Positions 1 through 6,879 are shown, counted from the stretch's first letter. The stretch: 7,977 nucleotides of DNA from Octopus sinensis (GCF_006345805.1 NW_021828679.1:1-7977), one strand, 5' to 3'. Program-made: numbers and translations. The notes: generated from the sequence alone by a model not told the origin.

Positions 1-585
1 ACAACATGAGGTTTAATGCTGGAAATTTCAAGCACTGCGCTATCAACTAATGAATACCGTACAATCTACATATAGAGGACCACAAGATACTACAATCCCA
101 GAGTCACAGGCAGTGAAAGACTTGGGGATCAGTATGTGCAATGACGCATCATTTCATATGCACATTGCCAAGATGGTAGCAAAGTGCAGACAACTGGCTG
201 GATGGATACTAAGGTTCTTCAAGACAAGAGGCCAAGAAACTATGTTGACCCTGTGGGTAACTTTGTTATCAGCCGCCTGGACTACTGCTTCCGGTTATGG
301 CCACCGCATAGGGCCAAACTAACAGCGGAACTTGAAGCTGTCCAACGCCACTACACTAAAAAAAATTTGAACAATGCAGCGGATGAGCGACAGGGATAAG
401 CTGAGAAAACTACAGCTTTACCCCCTGGAGTGAGGCGTTAGAGATATGCAATAACATACATATGGAAAATCCTAGAAGGGCAAGTACCTAACTTTGGCAT
501 TGAGTGTTATACAAATGCTAAAACTGGCCGCCATTTTATTGTACCAAAAGTACCATCCACTCCATCTAAATTCAGGACCAGATAC
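1..585 (+). mobile_element. Degenerate CR1-group non-LTR retrotransposon (LINE), C-terminal part of ORF2 (end of RT and downstream region), frameshifted pseudogene
   Basis: Joining frames across shifts near 22, 262, 360 and 430 gives NMRFNAG/KFQALRY...VKDLGISM..DASFHMHIAKMVAKCRQLAGWILRFFKTR...TLWVT/FVISRLDYCFRLWPPH..KLTAELEAVQRHYTKK...KLRKLQLYPLE/RR*RYAITYIWKILEG. The KDLG, SRLDYC..W.P, LE.VQR..T and RR.R...I..WKI blocks are typical of CR1/L2-group ORF2. Similarity stops abruptly at about 585. Confidence 0.85.
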
Positions 586-1020
586 GCGTAATCATGTCAT
601 ATGTGCTACCATAGGTTTCGAACTCTCGCCGCGCTTTCTGAACTGTACTTCATCGTGCTGCTGATGGGATATAATGAAACGCACTTTTAAAAACATATTT
701 CCTTAAAAAAACCACTGCTTCCGCTTGATAGCACTTGACAGCGGTTTCAAGATTGGCGGAATTGAAAACAATTGCATTCACTGTCTCTTTCAGTTTGAGC
801 GAAATGCCAAATGTCCTATGAGATTAAGATTGATTCTTACATCAATACAGAACTGGGGAACAAAATGCTTTTGAGAAAAGAGGGAATCGGCGTTGAATGA
901 ATAAATAATCCAAATAAGAATGCGAGGGGTTCAGAATGTAGATGAAAAAATAGAGTAAAGACATAAGTGAAGCAATTACATTTGCGCATTTATGTAATTA
1001 TAGTTCAGGAGATGAAGTGC

Positions 1021-1268
1021 CTACCTGTAGTGTTTGCATTTTTTTTAAATCTCTGATCGTTTGTTTCAATAGATGTCTGTTTGTATAGGTTTTGAAACTT
1101 CGCATTTCTTCTGCCGAACACAGATTACACCTTTTGCTTCCAGTTTTGATCTTTCTGTGATTTTCCATTTTATCACATGTATGTACGCTCCAAGCTTTTT
1201 CTGGGTTTCTTTGTTGTTTTTTTTTTGTTTCCAAATGCAGTCGGTTAGTTTTGATGCCTTTCTTCTAT
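1021..1268 (-). mobile_element. Penelope-like element relic: C-terminal extension of the GIY-YIG endonuclease region, frameshifted
   Basis: Minus-strand frames join to KASKLTDCIWKQKK...IKWKITERSK / KTGSKRCNLCSAEE / LL(N)KRSEI*KKCKHYR*. This resembles the (T/S)xLSxYIWxLK...IKWKI...CNLCxxEK...LNKRSE...KCxH tail of Penelope-like ORFs. CNLC is at 1118-1129, KCKH at 1030-1041 and the stop at 1021-1023. The GIY-YIG core itself is absent. Confidence 0.7.
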
Positions 1269-1446
1269 AATTTCTTTTATTCTTTTTAATTGTTTCAGTC
1301 ATTTGACTGCAGCCATGCTGGAACACCACTTTGAAGCCTTTTAGTCGAACAAATCAACCCTAGGACTTATTTTTTAAGCATAGTACTTATTCTTTTGCCA
1401 AACCGTTAAACATACCAACACTGGTTGTCAAGCGGTGGTGGGGGAA
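1269..1446 (-). mobile_element. 3' half of a tRNA-derived SINE (cephalopod-type), with internal deletions
   Basis: Minus strand reads CCCCCCACCACCGCTTGACAACCAGTGTTGG...GGCAAAAGAATAAGTACT...TCCAGCATGGCTGCAGTCAAATGACTGAAACAA and ends in an AAAAGAATAAAAGAA tail. It matches my recollection of the 3' portion of an abundant Octopus SINE; the family assignment was not checked against a library. Confidence 0.7.
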
Positions 1447-1930
1447 CCAAAAATGGGTCACTTAAAGTTTAGGCGAATGAAAATTGAACTGCACTATTTC
1501 TGTTCCGAAATTCATCTCGCAAGTGCAAAACTCGATAATGTGTTTGTTTAGGCCTTATCCCATGCATTGAATAGTGAACTTCACTCAGTCAGCTGTTTGA
1601 CGTGAACTGTGTTCACTACGCGTGCAAGCATGCGTAAATTGCATGAAAAATAGAAAATAAAAATATAAAAACGAATCGCCGCAAACATTGTAGAAATTCG
1701 GCAAAGAAATGAATTTTCGGGATGTAGCCTGGAGGGTTTCTTTCGTATTAATTGTTTGGACTTTGTGAATACATACCAATTGTTTTCGTAACATTCTTAA
1801 CGCTTTGAATTAAATGTGACCATTTTGCGTTGAGTCTGCAGTTTGAATCACTTTAACCAAATTTTAGCAGGCCGGATTTTTGATCGTCACGATACATCGC
1901 CAACGACTCCCTGAAATCCCCATTGAGAAA

Positions 1931-2024
1931 TCTATATATATAAAACTCAAGATGTGTGTCTGTGTGTTTAACTTTTGGATCTACCAAGTTTCATTATTAA
2001 GGATGGAAAGTAGTGTGTAGCAAA
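1931..2024 (+). mobile_element. Second Helitron-like 5' terminus (truncated or interrupted)
   Basis: A|TCTATATATATAAAACTCAAGATGTGTGTCTGTGTG resembles the 2025 start TCTATATATATAAAGCTGAAGTTGTCTGTGTGTGG. No 3' end of its own is visible. Confidence 0.5.
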
Positions 2025-2413
2025 TCTATATATATAAAGCTGAAGTTGTCTGTGTGTGGCAGGTTTGGTAGCCTTCAACTAACACTATCTCCTTCGAGAC
2101 CCTGCAGCGCACGTTGACCAAAATTGAGAGTATGATAGAAGAAGGCTTGCTCTTCATTCTGTAGAAGATAAAATTCAAATCGGACTATGTTAACACCAAC
2201 AATTATTTACATCAAAAAGGTACTATTTTTCTATGAAAATCCCTGTTTTTTACGATTTTTGACTGCTGTGTAACCATTTTTCGGTGTATTTCAACTGGAA
2301 AAATGTTCACTTGACGAGAATAACAAGTTACATAATACAAAATTTTTACTTTTCAAAAATTCCAATCCTAAAGGGTCGAAACAAACCTAAGCAACACCTG
2401 GTGATACTACTAG
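2025..2413 (+). mobile_element. Non-autonomous Helitron-like element
   Basis: Starts A|TCTATATATATAAAG (5' TC after A). Ends CCTAAGCAACACCTGG-TGATACTA-CTAG (2386-2413), i.e. a decayed subterminal hairpin about 8 nt before a terminal CTAG. No TIR, TSD or coding capacity. The base after CTAG is A rather than the canonical T. Confidence 0.65.
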
Positions 2414-2469
2414 ATATATATATATGTAGATGCACATATGTTCATAAACACATACACACAGGTGTGTGT

Positions 2470-2835
2470 GAGAGAGAGAAAGAGAAAGAATATAGCATAA
2501 CAGAGATAGAGAGATAATGAGAGCGTGGGAGAGGAAGAGAAATATAGTACAGAGACTGAAAGAAAGATATAGAGAGAGGGAGAGGGAAGAGAGAGAGAAG
2601 GGAAGATATAGAAAGTAAGATCTAAAGAGAGATGAAGAGAGAGATGTGTACACTTGATACAGTAAAGAGAAAGTAGGAGAAACCGCGAGAGAGAGAAAGA
2701 GAGAGATTAAGGGAGATTGAGAGAGAGAGTGAGAGTCAGAATAAAGAAAGTGAAAGAGTCAAAGAGAGACAGAGAAAGAGATTGAAAAGAGTGTGAAATA
2801 GAGATATGCAGAAAGAGAGGGAGAAAGAGAGAGAG
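2470..2835 (+). repeat. Degenerate (GA)n / purine-rich low-complexity tract
   Basis: Plus strand is almost all A/G with GAGA and GAAA units. It is preceded by short (AT), (AC) and (GT) runs at 2414-2469. Confidence 0.95.
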
Positions 2836-2896
2836 TTAAATTATTAATTTGGAAAGATAGTGATGCAAATTACCGCAGATTGACATCTTTAGATTA

Positions 2897-3125
2897 ACGG
2901 TGGTGGCGGGAGAGAATGGTGGTAGTGGTGGTGGTGGTGGTGGAATGGGTGCCAATGGTATTGATTGGCTTGGTTGTGGTGGTGGTTTTGTGGTTGTAGC
3001 GGTAGTGTTGATGGTGGTGGTGGTAGTTAGGGAGTGATGCTGGTTGTTTAAGGTGATGGTGGGGTGGAGCTGACAATGATTGTGGCGGTGGAGGCGGCGA
3101 TGATATTGCAAGTGATGGTGGAGGC
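2897..3125 (+). repeat. Degenerate (GGT)n trinucleotide tract
   Basis: Repeated GGT/GAT/GTT triplets, e.g. GGTAGTGGTGGTGGTGGTGGTGG at about 2921-2943. Confidence 0.9.
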
Positions 3126-3159
3126 TGCGCTACAGCCTCTGATATAAACTTCATTTTCT

Positions 3160-3567
3160 CCTTCACCATCACCATCACCAATACCATCATCATCATCATC
3201 ACCATCATCCCCTAAGTTAGTCATGTCACCGTTGCTATCTCGTTTTCTTAATCTGGCCCCTGTCAAAATCGTGTTCATTCTTGTTGTAACGAATTTCATC
3301 ATCATCATCATCATCATTCTCAACAGCAACAACAATAACATCGTTGTCATTATCATTATCATCGTCCTCATCATCTTCCCCATCATCACCGTCATCATCA
3401 AAGCAGCAACAATAACGTCATTATCATCATCATCATCATCATCTTCATCATCAAGATCATCATCATCATCATCGACAACCCTACATTTTTGTCCATCCAA
3501 ATATCATTTCTAGTTATCGTTAATGTTATTACAATCCTTTTTTATTCTTATTCTTCTTATTATTATT

Positions 3568-3602
<35 letters not shown>

Positions 3603-3603
3603 T
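3160..3603 (+). repeat. Degenerate (ATC)n tract ending in (ATT)n(ATC)n
   Basis: CAT/CAC/ATC triplets at 3160-3480, then purer (ATT)n(ATC)n at 3541-3603. These produce the poly-D, poly-M and poly-I pseudo-ORFs. Confidence 0.95.
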
Positions 3604-3613
3604 ACTAAGATGA

Positions 3614-3758
3614 TGGGAGAGTCGTTAGCACTGGGAGAGTCGTTAGCACACCGAGCAACATGCCTAGCGGTATTTAGTCCGCCACTATGTTCTGAGTTCA
3701 AATTCCGCCGAGGTTGACTTTGCCTTTCATCCTTTCGAGGGTTAATAAATTAAGTACC
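3614..3758 (+). mobile_element. tRNA-derived SINE, 3'-truncated, with a tandemly duplicated 18-bp head
   Basis: TGGGAGAGTCGTTAGCAC occurs twice (3614-3631, 3632-3649; A-box region). B-box GAGTTCAAATTCC is at 3694-3706, followed by the central block CTTTGCCTTTCATCCTTTCGAGGGTTAATAAATTAAGTACC. It breaks off at 3758 where the copy at 4321-4523 continues. Confidence 0.85.
3694..3706 (+). promoter_or_regulatory. RNA polymerase III B-box of the SINE
   Basis: GAGTTCAAATTCC fits the GTTCRANNC consensus at tRNA-like spacing from the A-box region. Confidence 0.6.
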
Positions 3759-3801
3759 TGTGATTTGTTGTGATTCTCTGGAGAATCACAACAAATCACA
3801 G
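3758..3801. repeat. Perfect 21-bp inverted repeat with a 2-nt spacer
   Basis: CTGTGATTTGTTGTGATTCTC (3758-3778), TG, GAGAATCACAACAAATCACAG (3781-3801). The arms are exact reverse complements. Confidence 0.97.
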
Positions 3802-3886
3802 CACATACCCAAGGCACACAGAGCTGCGCTCGGTAGTGAAGTGAAAGCACGCTATAAAAATAAAACTACTAAATAATAATAATAAT
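3781..3886 (+). mobile_element. Probable 3' UTR end of a second R4/Dong-like LINE with an (AAT)5 tail
   Basis: Non-repetitive 91 bp ending ...GCACGCTATAAAAATAAAACTACTA, followed by (AAT)5 at 3872-3886. The family assignment rests on recollection of an Octopus LINE 3' end and on the tail. Confidence 0.45.
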
Positions 3887-4318
3887 GTATACTTTCAGTG
3901 CTGATATCAGAATGGAGTTCGGATTGAAAAAGTATGGTGTGTTAGTCTTGAAGAGAGGCAAAATAAAATGTATGAACGGGCTAGTGATACCGTTGTGGGG
4001 AGGTTATGAAGCAGATAAAACAGACTGGCTATAAGTACTTGGGGATATTGGAAATGGATAAATTGATGGAGAAAGAAATGGCAGAAAAATTGAAGGTGAA
4101 GTACTTGCGCAGACTGAGACTGATCCTTTAGTGGAAATTAAATGGACGGAATAAGATTGAAGCTATCAACACCTGGGCAGTTTCACTACTTAGATATGGA
4201 GCATGGGTAATCGCATGGACAGTAGACGAACTAAACAGCTTAGACAGAAAGCAAGTAAGTTACTGACTAGATACAAGATACTCCATCGAAAAAGTGACAC
4301 AGACAGACTGTATGTACC
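3886..4318 (+). mobile_element. Internal RT fragment of an R4/Dong-clade retrotransposon (same family as 4647-6305)
   Basis: Encodes YTFSADIRMEFGLKKYGVLVLKRGK / VMKQIKQTGYKYLGILE...RRLRLIL*WKLNGRNKIEAINTWAVSLLRYGA...ELNSLDRK / ILHRKSDTDRLYVP. It aligns at roughly 90% (hand count, large indels excluded) with the reverse complement of 5682-6072. Confidence 0.9.
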
Positions 4319-4320
4319 TA

Positions 4321-4523
4321 TCTACTATGGGCACAAGGCCTGAACTTTGGGGGAGGGGGAGAGTCGATTATATCGATCCAGTACTCAACTGGTACTTAAT
4401 TTATTAACCCCCGAAAGGATGAAAGGCAAAGTCAACCTCGGCGGAATTTGAACTCAGAACATAGCGGCGGACTAAATACCGCTAGGCATATTGCTCGGTG
4501 TGCTAACGACTCTCCCAGTGCTA
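4321..4523 (-). mobile_element. tRNA-derived SINE, longer copy of the 3614-3758 element
   Basis: The reverse complement of 4391-4523 equals 3626-3758 with 3 transitions. It then continues AGTTGAGTACTGGATCGATATAATCGACT...CAGGCCTTGTGCCCATAGTAGA. The B-box is at 4443-4455 on the minus strand. Confidence 0.9.
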
Positions 4524-4531
4524 TATTATTA

Positions 4532-4609
<78 letters not shown>

Positions 4610-4610
4610 A

Positions 4611-4646
<36 letters not shown>
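4524..4646 (+). repeat. Compound (ATT)n(ATC)n microsatellite; tail or target of the R4/Dong element
   Basis: Near-perfect ATT then ATC triplets. It directly abuts the element's 3' UTR at 4647. Confidence 0.95.
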
Positions 4647-6305
4647 GCTATTGTCTTTGCACTGCTTCTAACGCTGGAGATGTACTACGGTGTCAGCTGT
4701 TAACTACCAGTGAACTAAGATAACACCCCTTATATTTCGAGCACCATCCGGAGTATTCGAGCGGTTCCAAGCAGTGCTGTTTTCTGCAAGTGTTCCACTC
4801 TTATTGCAGCCCCTATTTGTTCCATGTACTTCTCAAGATTTTTACTCACTGTTCCCAGGGCTCCGACAATTATTGGTACTACTACCACCTTTTTCATCGA
4901 CTACAACTGCTTTAATTTCCAAGCTAACCTGTTATATCTATCGACTTTTCTTTCTTCTTTATCGCATACCTTGTTGTCAGCTGGGCATGCTAATCTATGA
5001 TATCCAGCATCGTTTGCTTTCTTTCTCAATTAACACTATGTCTGGTTTCCTTTTCTCTATCTCAAGGTCTCACTGAATCATAAAATCCCTTATGCTCTAT
5101 GCATCATCATTTTCGATGATGCCTTCGGGTTTATGTTCGTACCACTTTTTTGCTCTATCAAGTCCATACTTGTTGCAAAGTATCCAATGGACAATCTTTG
5201 CTATGTTGTCATGACGTCTCTTATATTCTTTCCAGGCTAGAGGCGTACATTGCCTGGAAACATGCCATACGGTTTCACCATTTTGCACTTATCACGTTCT
5301 GCTGTGTTGTCTTTTCTGTATTTGATGTAATTGGTTCTTAATGCTTGTTCTTGGGCAGCACACATTAGAGCCTCCGTTTCCGGTTTTAAATCACTTTTAG
5401 TCATCCACAGTCATCTTTGTTTCTCTTTTCTCTGTCTGATCCTCAACATCCCTATGAAATTGTCCATGCATTCCTTTTTTATCCACTAATTTTCTGTTTT
5501 TTTCATTCTCAAGTGCTTCTACAGTGCTTTATCATTGTAATCTTCCATCGTACACAAGCCTGGCCTTCTTACTTCCAATAATAGTGGCTCTGTCGCATTT
5601 TTTACATACCATGCTATGTTGTTTTCTTCTGCTCTAATGCCGTGTTCGCATCTAATCAATCCTCTTCCCCATCTTTTTCTTGGTACATACAGCCTGTCTG
5701 TGTCACTTTTTGGGTGGAGTATCCCATATCTAGTTAGCAACTTCCTTGTCTTTCTGTATAAGCTGTTTAGTTCGTCTGCTGTCCATGCGATAACCTCTGC
5801 TCCATATCTAAGGAGTGAAACCACCCAGCTTCTTCCATTTAATTTCGACTAAAGGATCAGTCTGCGCAAGTATTCCACCTTAATTTTTTCTGTAATTTCT
5901 TTATCCATTAATTTGTCCATTTCCAATATCCCCGTCTCTTTTATCTGCTTCATAACCTCCTCCGACGGTATCACTAGCCCGTCCATACATTTCATTTTGC
6001 CTCTCTTCAAGTCTAACACATCACACTTTTTCAGTCCGAACTCCATTCTGATATCAGCACTGAAAATATACACCGTATCAACGAGGGAACTGACTTGGGC
6101 TTCATCTTTATCGTAAAGTTTGAGGTCATCCATGAATAACAAGTGGTTGATTTTGTTGGCGGCTTTCGAATACATACCTACCCTTTGATTTCTTCAAAAT
6201 CAGTGTTAATGGTATCATGCACAGTACAAAGATCAGTGGCGCAGGGAATCCCCTTGTAAGATGTCCCTCCTGATTTCTATTGGACTTAAACTTCTTCCAT
6301 ACTAG
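4647..6305 (-). mobile_element. 5'-truncated, decayed R4/Dong-clade non-LTR retrotransposon (RT, CCHC zinc knuckle, restriction-like endonuclease, 3' UTR)
   Basis: RT motifs IRRDILQGDSL/PLIFVLCM (QGDSL at 6242-6256) and KINHLLFMDDLKLY (FMDDLKLY at 6113-6136). Then LHPKSDTDRLYVPRK.WGRGL, LKPETEALMCAAQEQALRTN, and the zinc-knuckle half ETVWHVSRQC..LAWKEYKRRHD. The RLE region reads KRKPDIVL and PIIVGALG, ending QKTALLGTARILRMVLEI* (stop at 4730-4732). The 3' UTR is 4647-4729. Multiple stops and frameshifts. Confidence 0.9.
4730..6301 (-). pseudogene. Disrupted RT-RLE ORF of the R4/Dong element
   Basis: ORF-track fragments 5097-5288, 5519-5824, 5849-6175 and 6126-6347 are consecutive pieces of one ORF broken by frameshifts, stops and deletions (e.g. 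loss of GYKYL and of the first half of the CCHC motif). Confidence 0.88.
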
Positions 6306-6352
6306 GTTGGCAATTATATATATACATACATACATAAGAATAAGCATATTAA

Positions 6353-6448
6353 AAGGGGGCCGTGGGAAAGCTCATTTAAATAGAACGGTTGGGAACCATT
6401 GTTGGGAACCACTGTTGGGAACCACTATGAGATGGTTGCGAACCGCTG
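6353..6448 (+). mobile_element. Right-end relic of a hAT-like DNA transposon/MITE with a tandemly repeated terminus
   Basis: GTTGGGAACCA(C/T)T occurs three times (6388-6426), then GGTTGCGAACCGCTG (6434-6448). These are the reverse complement of the CAGTGGTTCYCAACC TIR of Charlie/Buster-type hATs. GTCTAAAG follows (NTCTANAN-like target). No left end was found. Confidence 0.55.
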
Positions 6449-6591
6449 GTCTAAAGACTACCATAGGTGTAAAGGCTGCCAACAGTGTGGATAGCCTAGT
6501 GTTTGGGTTTAGTGCTTCACCGGTAATATACCCTGTCTTTTTACCCAACAAGGACCTTATTTATGTAAGTATATCTACATACGTGCATATA

Positions 6592-6751
6592 GGCACAGGC
6601 GAGGCTGTGTGGTAAGAAGCTTGCTTTTCAACCATATGGTTCTGGGTTCAATCCCACTGCATGGCACATTGGGCGTCTTCTACAATAGCCTCGAGACGAC
6701 CATAAGCCGTCTGGATGGATTTGGTAGACGGTAACTGAAAGAAGCCCGTCG
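6592..6751 (+). mobile_element. 5' half of a tRNA-derived SINE (CORE-like)
   Basis: A-box-like AGGCTGTGTGG (6602-6612) and B-box GGTTCAATCCC (6645-6655). The CORE-like GGCACATTGGGC--GTCTTCTAC follows. It ends GAAAGAAGCCCGTCG and runs into (AT)n. Confidence 0.8.
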
Positions 6752-6753
6752 TA

Positions 6754-6833
<80 letters not shown>
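6752..6833. repeat. (AT)n microsatellite with one phase-shifting interruption
   Basis: About 40 AT units, broken once by ATAATTAT at about 6801-6808. Confidence 0.97.
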
Positions 6834-6836
<3 letters not shown>

Positions 6837-6879
6837 CGAAGAGAGAGAGATGTTTATATGAATAATAATATATTATTTA

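Noticed and set aside
715-780. CTTCCGC, ATTGG and GGCGGAATTGAAA as a CCAAT/CDE-CHR cell-cycle promoter
   Set aside because: Spacing and CHR sequence are non-canonical, and there is no downstream gene in the window.
974-999. Palindrome AATTACAT-N10-ATGTAATT with a central TGCGCA
   Set aside because: An 8-bp AT-rich stem is expected by chance in this composition, and no function can be assigned.
3614-3710. tRNA gene suggested by A/B boxes (also at 6602-6655)
   Set aside because: No complete cloverleaf, and both continue into SINE body sequence.
2836-3717. ORFs with poly-T/P/H/D/M/I/S runs, up to 150 aa
   Set aside because: They are translations of (GGT)n, (ATC)n and (ATT)n repeats, which lack stops in several frames. 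No domain content.
3510-4723. Two ORFs beginning MNSEHSGGLNTARH (3510-3701 minus, 4448-4723 plus) that look like paralogous peptides
   Set aside because: Both are the antisense reading of the duplicated SINE running into microsatellite, and both use a non-ATG start.
4774-6116. Plus-strand ORFs 4774-5076, 5150-5341, 5616-5852 and 5913-6116
   Set aside because: They are antisense shadows of the R4/Dong ORF with no independent coding signal.
6388-6448. Short direct repeats as a possible CRISPR array
   Set aside because: The units are 13 bp and abut without spacers, the context is eukaryotic, and a hAT terminus explains them better.
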